Virus record (IMG/VR): IMGVR_UViG_3300025137_005870 | Coordinates: 30,500 to 94,499 of that record | Source of the DNA: a virus | Taxonomy: Duplodnaviria; Caudoviricetes | Strand: one strand, 5' to 3' | Length of the DNA stretch: 64,000 nucleotides | In this document: positions 19,098 through 28,062 of the stretch, piece after piece | Layout of the letters: each line of letters opens with the position of its first letter | Position numbering within the stretch: position 1 is the stretch's first letter | Program-made: the position numbers and the translations under genes | Notes under the pieces: model-generated | What the model was told of the DNA's origin: nothing | The model's input: the letters and a program-made list of their open reading frames with translations, nothing else | The model's database searches: none

Positions 19098-21608
19098 TTA
19101 CTTAAGAAACTTTCGCCAGTTGTCAAACACTCGTTGTTCAACAGACTTCTTGGATTCGCTAATCATTTTCTTTTTAACTTTTCGATGGGCTCTGGATTCA
19201 AACTGAACCTCTCGCTCGTTTGGTATGTTGATGTTCTTTTCAGTATCTTTCATCGGCTGAAAGGCTATGCCCTGTTTGGACATCTTTTTAAGAACATCAA
19301 CCACAAGTGCGTTCATATCATCCTCATCATCCCAGAACTCAATAAGGCTTTTAAAGATCTCAACCTGTATATCAGGTGATTCCTCTGAAATAAAATAAGA
19401 GATTTTAAAATCTATTGAAAGGGGGCTGTCGTTATAAAAATACTTTTCAATAGGAACATAGTATCGTTTATCACCCGGAATATCTTCTTGTTTAAAGATA
19501 GGATCATGCATCGCCATTCTCAGCCTGATCCAGAAATCTCTGGTTCGGATAAGCCTGTTGACTTCCTCTAAATCCAGACCCTCAAAGTCGGTAAGCATTC
19601 TGTAGCTTGCTGAGATTAAGTATTCTTCGCCTCGCATAGCATCATAGACATCACCTTCTGTCTCGGTGTCCCACTCGTAAGTATCAAAGTTTTTACTCTC
19701 TATATCTTGACCGAGTTCTAAGATCGCGCCGCCTTCCATCAAGCCTTCTCTTTTAAGGATTGGTTCAATAATCGCTGTTTGGAATCCTTCACCCCTATCA
19801 TCAATAGAATCTAAAGCCTCCAGCATTTCGCCAAACATATACGCGCTATGAATGTATGGTGAATCAACATTGGAAAGACCGTCTATGGTAACAGCAAGAA
19901 ATAAATTTAAACCATCATTGCCACCACCTTCACCAGCACCTCTAAAATTATTGCGATAAGCATCAGGGTTGATCCATTCAACTCCCATATCTTTCATTTC
20001 GTTAGCGATCGCCTCAGCAATTGGGCCTGACTCATTATATTTTGGGTATCTCGCCAACTCATTCGCCGGGAAGTGAAACTTCATACTTACTGATGGTGCT
20101 ACATAAAGACTTTCACCATCTTCTTCAACATCAGTATCTCCAATAACAAAATAGTTCATTGGATTGTCTCGTAGTAAAGTATTGACTTCTTCTTGGAAAG
20201 TAGCTAGTGCTGGGTTAACAAGATTGCTTACAACATCATTTTCTGTTTGTTCATTCTTCCTAATATCGCCAACATAGTAGTTTCGGTCATACGGTTTATT
20301 AAGCAGAGACATCAAAAGGCCAGTAATATTATTGTCCTCGTAGGATCCTCCAAACTTTACAAACTTTTCAAGATCAACAGGTTTGCTCCCCGCCTTACTT
20401 GTTGGGATGTTTGCGATTTGTTCTTTTTGTGTTTCTTGTGACCATTTCTTAATGGTAGCATAAAAGTCTGGAAACCTCAAACCTTTGACAGCACTTTCTG
20501 GCACGGCCAACTGTGTGCCACCGGCTCCCGAGCCACGGCCGGCCTCCCTTGCTTCGTCATAGTCCTCGTAGTAGCGCAGTTGTCGCAGACGGGTGCGCGC
20601 AAGAGGCTCTATCTCACCAGATGCAAAATAACGCTTATCATCTGAAAATAACTCATCATCCTGAAACCCCGGTAGATCTTCCACTTCATCAAGGTTATTG
20701 GTTCCAAATGCGTCCAACAAATCTTCCTTAGAAACTACATAAGCAACTGCTCCGTGACCTCTGGCCTCTGCGACAGCACACTTGAAAAAGGCCGAACCGG
20801 AGTCAGATTCCCGAGACCCGGGTGAGTGACAAGAGTTAATGTCGTCAAAGTCAGACATACGAAAGATATCAATAGGATCGCGAGTAATCACAACAGCATA
20901 TTTATCATCGTCAATGCTATTAAGATTTTGTTTAATGTAGCCAGCGTTGGTCTTCCAATACTCAGCCATAGCCTCTAATCTGCTGATGTTTCTCTTTAAA
21001 GTGCTAACCAAATCCCAGTTATTACCGAAAAAAGCATGAATCTGGCTTTCAAGCCGATAATAGTTTGCTGCTTCTTTCTCATCCAACCCTCGATTAATAT
21101 CCTTGCCTGTTATGTCTCTCGGTGAAACTGCTCTATCGCCCTGACGCCTATCAAGTTCTGGTTGGCTAAGGATTTTTCGCTCAAGGTCTTGAAGTTTTTT
21201 AGTGTCGTCTATAAGCTTGGCGAGGAATTTACCAACCTTCATTTGTATCTTTTTCTTCTTTGGGGGTTTGCGTTCATTGCGACCCAAGAAATCTATGGAT
21301 TTGCCGTCACGAAATTCAATCTCACCAGACAGGATGCCCAGATCCCAATCTACTTTATAGTTGGCATCTTCAAAGAACTTAACAAACTTACCGAGATCAG
21401 ATTCATAATCTTTCGTAATGAAAGGTATCAAGACGCGATTTTTTCCCTTGAAGATGTGATTAAAGGCCTTATCTTCCGGCCCTAACTCTCCAATGGCATC
21501 GGTGATGTTATCAAATTCTTCTTCAGTAACCTCACGGAGAAGCTTATCGTCAGTTGTTACAAACTTGCCCTCAGCAAGAAACTTACGCCAGTTGTTATGA
21601 AAACTCAT
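19098..21608 (-). CDS. Large hypothetical protein, paralog of 48267..51032
   Basis: 836 aa; NWRKFL at both ends; ITRDPIDIFRMSDF...SCHS. Confidence 0.8.
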   Translation of the reverse strand: MSFHNNWRKFLAEGKFVTTDDKLLREVTEEEFDNITDAIGELGPEDKAFNHIFKGKNRVLIPFITKDYESDLGKFVKFFEDANYKVDWDLGILSGEIEFRDGKSIDFLGRNERKPPKKKKIQMKVGKFLAKLIDDTKKLQDLERKILSQPELDRRQGDRAVSPRDITGKDINRGLDEKEAANYYRLESQIHAFFGNNWDLVSTLKRNISRLEAMAEYWKTNAGYIKQNLNSIDDDKYAVVITRDPIDIFRMSDFDDINSCHSPGSRESDSGSAFFKCAVAEARGHGAVAYVVSKEDLLDAFGTNNLDEVEDLPGFQDDELFSDDKRYFASGEIEPLARTRLRQLRYYEDYDEAREAGRGSGAGGTQLAVPESAVKGLRFPDFYATIKKWSQETQKEQIANIPTSKAGSKPVDLEKFVKFGGSYEDNNITGLLMSLLNKPYDRNYYVGDIRKNEQTENDVVSNLVNPALATFQEEVNTLLRDNPMNYFVIGDTDVEEDGESLYVAPSVSMKFHFPANELARYPKYNESGPIAEAIANEMKDMGVEWINPDAYRNNFRGAGEGGGNDGLNLFLAVTIDGLSNVDSPYIHSAYMFGEMLEALDSIDDRGEGFQTAIIEPILKREGLMEGGAILELGQDIESKNFDTYEWDTETEGDVYDAMRGEEYLISASYRMLTDFEGLDLEEVNRLIRTRDFWIRLRMAMHDPIFKQEDIPGDKRYYVPIEKYFYNDSPLSIDFKISYFISEESPDIQVEIFKSLIEFWDDEDDMNALVVDVLKKMSKQGIAFQPMKDTEKNINIPNEREVQFESRAHRKVKKKMISESKKSVEQRVFDNWRKFLK

Positions 21609-21937
21609 TTGTATTTCTCCGCGAGCCCTTCAGATAATAATAACTCGTTTATATTTTCTTGTCCAATCAATATTGTCCCAAGGCACCGTCCATACTTGCC
21701 AACGCCGTGAGACTGAAGCACAAACACACCATCAGCAGCCTCTAGGAGGTCTGTGAGGCGAGCTTTGGTTGCGAAGCCTTGTGCTTTCTCATCCAAATCC
21801 CTTGTGCGTGTCTCAGGGGCATCTATGCCCAAAAGACGAATACGCTTGTGAACCCAAGTATCAAAGCCCAAATCAATCATAGCATCAACCGTATCACCAT
21901 CGACAACACGGTCGAGCGTTGCATTATACTCATACAT
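21605..21937 (-). CDS. Thermonuclease (SNase-like)
   Basis: RVVDGDT, RIRLLGIDAPE, GKYGRCLG. Confidence 0.88.
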   Translation of the reverse strand: MYEYNATLDRVVDGDTVDAMIDLGFDTWVHKRIRLLGIDAPETRTRDLDEKAQGFATKARLTDLLEAADGVFVLQSHGVGKYGRCLGTILIGQENINELLLSEGLAEKYK

Positions 21938-21959
21938 ACTATAAATAGTTTAAGAACTG

Positions 21960-22577
21960 CTAAATCTTTAAACTGATCTTAACATATGTTGCGTGATTTA
22001 GAATTAAAACGTCTTTAAAGTTCTGCTGAAGCAAATAAGACAAACCAAGCTTCAATGAATTTGTAGTTTTATGAGACATTCCCAAAGAATTTCTGTTCCT
22101 TGGAACGTCATCGTGGGTAAAAAACACCTCATCATTGATAAAAAAGAAGAATTTTTTAACCTTTAATCCAAATTCTAGCTTATTTCGGTATCTCATACTC
22201 GTATCGTAGATCTCATAGGTTCTCAACTCAACCCTAAACCGATTTGAGAGGGTTAGATTACCAAAAGAATCTTTGTAACCAACATTAAAATGGGGTCTGT
22301 GCTCCACAAACCACCCATCTCTTGTCTCAAAAACCTCACGAAAGTTGAGAGAAAAAGAAATATTGTCTAAACTGTTGTTATAAACGCCAAAATCCGAATG
22401 GCTATAATAGATTCCGTCTGAATCCCGCAGTCTAATCTCTTGTTCTGCTGCAAAGCTTAAGTGTTTGCCATGCAAAGGTGCGGCTACTTTGTTAGTATTC
22501 CAAGCCTCTGCCGTGTTTTCCACGGCAAAAGCATTGGTTGAGAACAAAATACCGAGGAGACAGAGTAGTTGTCTCAT
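21960..22577 (-). CDS. Outer-membrane beta-barrel protein (DUF2490-like)
   Basis: Signal peptide; EHRP, NRFRVELR, RYRNKL, DEVFF, RNR alternating strands. Confidence 0.7.
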   Translation of the reverse strand: MRQLLCLLGILFSTNAFAVENTAEAWNTNKVAAPLHGKHLSFAAEQEIRLRDSDGIYYSHSDFGVYNNSLDNISFSLNFREVFETRDGWFVEHRPHFNVGYKDSFGNLTLSNRFRVELRTYEIYDTSMRYRNKLEFGLKVKKFFFFINDEVFFTHDDVPRNRNSLGMSHKTTNSLKLGLSYLLQQNFKDVLILNHATYVKISLKI

Positions 22578-23521
22578 CCCGCTGCTACTACAGCAAAGAC
22601 TAACACCATACTAAGTCCTAATCCAACCATCATTCTCATAAAATCGCTGATAAGCATCGGGAAAACTTCCTTGATGCCATCTTTACTGGCGAATGAACGA
22701 TAAACTGCAAGCTCACGACCACATAATAGACCAACAAATACCCAAGTTGTGGACATTGGAAGGTTATTATATTCCTTAAAGAACCATAAAATGATTGCAT
22801 AAACAAAATCAATGATGGTTGCAGACCTTGAAAAGCGTGTTCCACTCTTGGAAGACACGATTTCTTGTATTTTTCCACCCTTTCGATAGAACAAATGAGC
22901 AAGTCCAGCCACTAGAATAAGCATAAACCCTGCAAACATCTCAAATGTAAGTCCATTTCCCCGTGGAAGATAGACAGCAACGTTAGCAATGTCGTGACTA
23001 AGCCACTGATGCCACAGAAAACCGGTTGCAAGCCACTGGCTAACCCGCCAAAACTTCTTATCTTTCTCTGCAACAGGCTTTTTCTCGTCTAAAATGTAGC
23101 TTAAACCTGTCCAAAGAGCATAAGCAACAATAGCAGCAAGGCCATAACCCACCGCAGACTTAACAATAATCTTTTCTAGAACAAATGTGCTTGAAAAAAC
23201 ACTAAGTGTCAGCAATGTTGTGCTGACAGGAACACCAAATCTGGTTAATCCTAACAATAGAATGGGTGCCAAGCCGTGATACCACTGAAAAGTCTCTGGT
23301 AGGGGTATGGAATCCAGCCTACCGTAAGCAATGTCACCTGATCCCCACGCCCATCCAAGTGTGAGAACCATAATAGAGGCCATATAAAGCCAAGGTTTCC
23401 ACCACGGCGTGTCTTTATTCGACGCAATAAACGTCCCGAGGGTTTGAGCACTATCATTTGCGATTACAGAATACGCTGCTAACACAAAACCCACTAACCC
23501 AATGGCTAATGAAATCGTCAT
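22574..23521 (-). CDS. Multi-pass membrane transporter, PiT/PHO4-like
   Basis: About 9-10 TM helices; ANDSAQT and HDIANV, PVSTT and PMSTT internal duplication typical of PiT. Confidence 0.7.
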   Translation of the reverse strand: MTISLAIGLVGFVLAAYSVIANDSAQTLGTFIASNKDTPWWKPWLYMASIMVLTLGWAWGSGDIAYGRLDSIPLPETFQWYHGLAPILLLGLTRFGVPVSTTLLTLSVFSSTFVLEKIIVKSAVGYGLAAIVAYALWTGLSYILDEKKPVAEKDKKFWRVSQWLATGFLWHQWLSHDIANVAVYLPRGNGLTFEMFAGFMLILVAGLAHLFYRKGGKIQEIVSSKSGTRFSRSATIIDFVYAIILWFFKEYNNLPMSTTWVFVGLLCGRELAVYRSFASKDGIKEVFPMLISDFMRMMVGLGLSMVLVFAVVAAG

Positions 23522-23624
23522 CTTCTTTCTCCTTGTAAATTAGAGGCTGATTTCCTGTGATCGTCTCCGTTAGATCGTTCTAAATGCCTCTATACTTTAA
23601 ATACTTTCTTATGACACCAATAAA

Positions 23625-23643
23625 TGTGACAGGTTTGTGACAG
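23625..23643 (-). promoter_or_regulatory. Pho box (PhoB site)
   Basis: CTGTCACAAACCTGTCACA: two CTGTCA half-sites 11 bp apart, upstream of the transporter. Confidence 0.7.
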
Positions 23644-23646
23644 ATT

Positions 23647-23952
23647 CTAAAGTTTGCTCTCCAATCTCATCTTAAGCATATTATTTTCACGCTTAACATA
23701 AGATAGTTCAACCTTCATAGCAGAGACCTCAGTCCTCAGAATGGTTACAGCCTTCATACAAACATCTTTTTCGGTCTCTAACTTGTCAACTCGGCTGATT
23801 AAATCATCACGATAAGCCAAACGCTCCATTTTTGCTTCTTTTCGTTGCTCTGCCCGAGATTTTAACACAGATTCATAGAACTTCCACCCTCCGGCGGACA
23901 ATAATCCAGTTATAAGGCAGGTAATAATGGCTGTGATCGTCGCACTATCCAT
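23647..23952 (-). CDS. TM plus coiled-coil protein
   Basis: N-terminal TM helix, heptad C-terminus. Confidence 0.65.
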   Translation of the reverse strand: MDSATITAIITCLITGLLSAGGWKFYESVLKSRAEQRKEAKMERLAYRDDLISRVDKLETEKDVCMKAVTILRTEVSAMKVELSYVKRENNMLKMRLESKL

Positions 23953-24367
23953 TAATTTTCCGATGAACGGCCTCTTTTTTCATTTTTGTGTAAATCCAAG
24001 TCCATAAAACAAAATAAATAAACGTAATCGTTAGATTTTTCACAATAACTAGTTCAAATTCAAGGTCTGGGGTCAGATAAAGGTCAGTTAAAAACCTAAC
24101 AGTTGAGAAAATGTGCAGCATAAGGTAGGTAAGCACAAACCTCGCACATACTTCCACCCGATTAAGGGAAGAAAGAATGCCGAGGCTAATAAAAAGATAA
24201 ACCCAATACAAATAATAGGTATCTGGCTGACCAACACTTTCCCAGAAAGCAAGATCAGTCCAGAGGACTTGATTATTAAAGAGATCTGAGATAGACCAGA
24301 ACAACAGCAGCGGTTGGTGATCGTGGTAGATCAAGATCTCTTTGTATTTGTGTATTAAGTGTTTCAC
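23945..24367 (-). CDS. Membrane protein
   Basis: 3-4 hydrophobic segments; GAGGTG SD. Confidence 0.6.
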   Translation of the reverse strand: MKHLIHKYKEILIYHDHQPLLLFWSISDLFNNQVLWTDLAFWESVGQPDTYYLYWVYLFISLGILSSLNRVEVCARFVLTYLMLHIFSTVRFLTDLYLTPDLEFELVIVKNLTITFIYFVLWTWIYTKMKKEAVHRKING

Positions 24368-24392
24368 CTCGCATTAAATAGTATGCAAAAGG

Positions 24393-24647
24393 TTAAACAT
24401 TTATTAGTATTAGGTCTTCCTCAAAATGTTCAGAACGCATAAGGTTTCCATCACGAAGGATAAACACTACTTCATACCGGTATTCTTCCACAGCCCCGGC
24501 CTGAGATTCAATAGAGTCAATGCTTACAATAAACCCCATATAGGAAGGATACATAGGAGCACCCTGCACACCAATGAAAGGTCTACGCTGAACCATTGAT
24601 CCGATCTTGGCCTTAGATAAAGAGAACGGCCAAGGATCATCCATCAA
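24393..24647 (-). CDS. Small SH3-like hypothetical protein
   Basis: KIGSMV...GFIV...YEV.F...EEDLILI. Confidence 0.5.
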   Translation of the reverse strand: MMDDPWPFSLSKAKIGSMVQRRPFIGVQGAPMYPSYMGFIVSIDSIESQAGAVEEYRYEVVFILRDGNLMRSEHFEEDLILINV

Positions 24648-24916
24648 TCCCCCTTCAAACGAAGCAAACGATCTTCCGCATATTTTTCTTTCATTGCGTT
24701 CAATCCTGAATCAATCTTGTCGAGAGCTTTCTCCAGCATTCGGGTATGCCCCGCAAGTGCATTCACAATATTCTCCTGATGGTAAGCCAAAACTTCTTTT
24801 GCAGCCTTTTCGTCTTCCTTTGCTTCTTTCCTTTGTTGATGATTCATCCAAAGAAGAGATGCCGTCCACAGACCCAGTGGTCCGTACTGTGCCAGACCGT
24901 CGATTATTGATTCCAT
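24644..24916 (-). CDS. Holin-like (BhlA/UviB-type) small membrane protein
   Basis: LAQYGPLGLWTASLLW followed by a charged coiled coil. Confidence 0.5.
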   Translation of the reverse strand: MESIIDGLAQYGPLGLWTASLLWMNHQQRKEAKEDEKAAKEVLAYHQENIVNALAGHTRMLEKALDKIDSGLNAMKEKYAEDRLLRLKGD

Positions 24917-25011
24917 CCATGATACCCTCCAATGCTATAAGTAGTAAACCACGGAGACTAAAAGTACATTTTTGTTTTTGTATATTTCATCTCTAGTTAC
25001 TGTATGAGGGG

Positions 25012-25260
25012 GTGTACGAGATGAAGAATCCAAATTACTTTATGTATTGTACAACAAAGGGTCCAGTACCTAAGAAACTAAGATCTAATGAATGTGGTAT
25101 AGGAAGGACTAGTTTATCTCCCGGCATACACGACGCAGCTTGGGGAACAATGTATGTCGTTCCTTATGAGTATGTATGGAAAGGGAAGCATAGACACTTT
25201 GGTGAGATGGACGACCCGGAGTTGTTAAGTGAGATTATCCTAAGCTACTTCGGTCACTAA
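25012..25260 (+). CDS. Possible lone plus-strand gene
   Basis: Fills an intergenic gap; GAGGGGG upstream of ATG 25021. Confidence 0.4.
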   Translation: MYEMKNPNYFMYCTTKGPVPKKLRSNECGIGRTSLSPGIHDAAWGTMYVVPYEYVWKGKHRHFGEMDDPELLSEIILSYFGH

Positions 25261-25851
25261 AAGTCGGGATTTTTTTTCCGTATTTTTTTCAACAACCAAC
25301 CTTCGTAAGTCCGAAGCTAAATCGCCATCATCCAACCTAATACAGTTTCTCTCTATATAAGACCAAGAGATCTTAGGATCGTTCAATCCCATACCACGCT
25401 TACGAAAGGTATGGTCTAGCTTGTTAAGTTGAGTATCATCCATATGCTCTGAAAGGATGTTATAAGCTTTTTGCCAAGATTCCAACCCACCATAAGTCTT
25501 TGTGCCTTCATTAATCTTTCTACGTTGCTGATTAAACCATTCCCTTAGCGTATCCTTATCTCCAAGGTAATGTTCTATTAGAGAAGTCTTACCCTTATCA
25601 TCCTTTCTATAAAGAGAGAATACCCACCATACCTTTTCCCATTCATCAATCTTATCTAAAGTAACGTTACGCGCGGTGCTTACCTGCCGTCGTTTCTCTT
25701 CACTGGTTTTAAACTCAATGAAGTGCTCCTCTTCCCCATCTTCTAATATAGCATCGGGTATATACTTGTTAGATCTTCCCTGTAGTGGCGTAAGGTTAAA
25801 TAGCTCAACCTGCATATTCTCTCTTTCATCATCTTGAGTAGTGCGTACCAT
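25240..25851 (-). CDS. PD-(D/E)XK endonuclease-like protein
   Basis: IPDAIL...FIEFKTS; own sigma70-like promoter at ~25865-25899. Confidence 0.6.
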   Translation of the reverse strand: MVRTTQDDERENMQVELFNLTPLQGRSNKYIPDAILEDGEEEHFIEFKTSEEKRRQVSTARNVTLDKIDEWEKVWWVFSLYRKDDKGKTSLIEHYLGDKDTLREWFNQQRRKINEGTKTYGGLESWQKAYNILSEHMDDTQLNKLDHTFRKRGMGLNDPKISWSYIERNCIRLDDGDLASDLRRLVVEKNTEKKSRLLVTEVA

Positions 25852-25899
25852 AGCTCCCCCTTATACTATAATATAACACGACAGGCCGTAAAAGTCAAG

Positions 25900-26635
25900 T
25901 TCATATTCTGGGATTTTTCTGTGTGGGGAGCGAATGTACTATGCCCGCGATGAGCGGGTCGCCCATATGGTACTTACAACCCGGTATATGGGGGGGAGGG
26001 GGAGGGGGGTACTAGCCGATAACGTAGGTTTAACCTTGTGGATTATTTTATTTAGTTCATTATGAAGCAGTCCCTTATAACCCTTATGCAACCTTAGCTA
26101 TCCTTTGCTATCCCTTTTCGTTTAATAAAAGTTATACACAACCTAATACAACCCTTAGAACCTTAGCTTCCCTTTAGCGATTTATGAACCATTCTCTATT
26201 GTCTGACTGGGGATAGTGCTGTTAGATCCTGCGTTACCGTGGGCTCTATTATCGTGAGTGCCTCATTCCTTCCCAGCCATAGATGTGGGCTGTAGGCTTA
26301 TGTAGGGTTGTGGATAACTTAGGGTTGCGTGAAAAAACGCGACGAGTGCGTGTGCCCTAAGTACAACCCCCTCCAACCATATACAACCAACCCCTACCCT
26401 TATACTACCCTTACCTTACCCTATATTAAACAACGTAGCATATTTTAGACAAAGAAAAAGGGCTTAGATAGGGAGCTTTACGCTACATCCTACCTAAACC
26501 CTACTTGGTCTAGTTCATACTTTAGTTTAGTTCTATACTACTTTATACATTACTGACTATTATGCGGTCAGGTTCTGTCCACCTTATCCCACTTTAAACC
26601 ATTCCTTTCCACTTTGTCTCACTAGTCCCCTAATG
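25900..26635. other. Non-coding island with G-tract and phased CCCTTA-like repeats
   Basis: No ORF of 60 aa or more; G7AG5AG6 at 25990-26009; 10-bp periodic units at 26071-26120. Confidence 0.7.
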
Positions 26636-26638
26636 GAG

Positions 26639-26935
26639 TTAATCATCGTCTGGATACATTTGGATATATCCGCTTAGTATGTCATACCCTATACCAAGCA
26701 TTATATCTCTTTCTTCTACCCACTGAGGATTAACTCTTCTGTTCTTCTCTCCCCTAGTCCATTCTGGACCTTCAAGCCACCTTATAAGATACACGTCATT
26801 CCATGCTCCCTTATACTTTTTTACCTTTTGAACAATACCTTTTATTGGCTCTCGCATAATCCTGCTCTTATGCTGGATAAGCGTGCCTTTGATTATTATT
26901 CTATTGATGTTGCCTTTTAGTCTCGTACTACTCAT
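26639..26935 (-). CDS. Small SH3-like protein
   Basis: IKGTLI...GIV...YLIRW; GAGGT SD. Confidence 0.55.
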   Translation of the reverse strand: MSSTRLKGNINRIIIKGTLIQHKSRIMREPIKGIVQKVKKYKGAWNDVYLIRWLEGPEWTRGEKNRRVNPQWVEERDIMLGIGYDILSGYIQMYPDDD

Positions 26936-26948
26936 ACCTTACCTCAAC

Positions 26949-27191
26949 CTAAAAGGGAACTGGATGAATCTGGGGGTTATAGCTTTCTAATATCCTATTG
27001 CCGAGATCCATTGCATAGCCTCTAGTGTTTCCATCTTTACACCATTCGTCTCCGAAAAACAGAATATGATACCAAGAGTCATCTACCTCTTCTTGTGTTA
27101 CCACTGAAAGAATAGATTTACCCTCGACTCTCATTATCATCCCTATCTTGTTTAGACGTCGGTCATAAACTAAATCACCTGCATTAAACAT
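26949..27191 (-). CDS. Small SH3/KOW-like protein
   Basis: MFNAGDLV...GMI...YHILF. Confidence 0.65.
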   Translation of the reverse strand: MFNAGDLVYDRRLNKIGMIMRVEGKSILSVVTQEEVDDSWYHILFFGDEWCKDGNTRGYAMDLGNRILESYNPQIHPVPF

Positions 27192-27459
27192 CGTGATAAT
27201 ACTTTGCGTTGGCTGCTATTCGTTTATCTCTCTTCGATGGAATATCTCTCTTCCATACTCCGTTCTCGGCTTTCACCTCATAAAGCTCACAATCAATTTC
27301 CTTGGTTTCCCTACCGTCTGACCATAGGACCGTAACATCCGAAGAAGTTAGGGTGCCGTCGTTAACGAGGGCCGTGATTGTTCCTACTTGATACTGGACT
27401 TTGGGGTCCGTCATCCAAGCACGACGCACTTGTGTGCCTATATAATACTCACCTAACAT
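27184..27459 (-). CDS. Small SH3/KOW-like protein
   Basis: IGTQV...GTI...VLWSDG...LYEV. Confidence 0.65.
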   Translation of the reverse strand: MLGEYYIGTQVRRAWMTDPKVQYQVGTITALVNDGTLTSSDVTVLWSDGRETKEIDCELYEVKAENGVWKRDIPSKRDKRIAANAKYYHDV

Positions 27460-27506
27460 TGTTTTATACCTCTTGTGAAAAAAAATCTGGCGCGAAAAAC
27501 CTAACC

Positions 27507-27707
27507 TTAAACCTGCCCTTCGACGCGCTTCACCTTATACATCGCCAAGGGGCCGCGCGCGACCGAGAGGTCTGGATGCCCCGGCCAAGATACCCATTGA
27601 ACGCTAACTTCGGAGCCGTCCTGTCCTAATACAATACCAAGAGTGTTATCATACTTAAAGTATCTAACCATCTCACCCTTTTTGTATTTCTCTGGTTTAA
27701 AGTCCAT
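27507..27707 (-). CDS. Small SH3/KOW-like protein
   Basis: KKGEMV...GIV...VQW. Confidence 0.6.
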   Translation of the reverse strand: MDFKPEKYKKGEMVRYFKYDNTLGIVLGQDGSEVSVQWVSWPGHPDLSVARGPLAMYKVKRVEGQV

Positions 27708-27933
27708 TACCCTTTACCTTCTCTAACGTGGGTGCAAACTGTGATTCAACGACTGGACCCTCATCCCCATAAGGGTGTTTGAACCACAATACTTTCCAAT
27801 AGCTTAACTTGTGTCTCTCTGCATAGTTTAACTCTAGCTGAGAACAATTGTTAATCAACTTTAACTCTTGAAGCAAGAAGCCTCTGAAGTCCAAAACGTC
27901 GCTTCTTCTTACTAAATCGCCGACCTTTAACAT
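27697..27933 (-). CDS. Small SH3/KOW-like protein
   Basis: MLKVGDLV...WKVLWF...LEKV. Confidence 0.65.
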   Translation of the reverse strand: MLKVGDLVRRSDVLDFRGFLLQELKLINNCSQLELNYAERHKLSYWKVLWFKHPYGDEGPVVESQFAPTLEKVKGNGL

Positions 27934-28062
27934 AGGGTCACCTTACCCAATCGTTGTCAAGCGCCCAATGGAATAACATAATGGGGCCTGACCAAAGCAC
28001 AAAGTTTAAGCCAGCACCCAAAGCAACACATTCAAACATATTTAAATCCATAATCATTTCTC

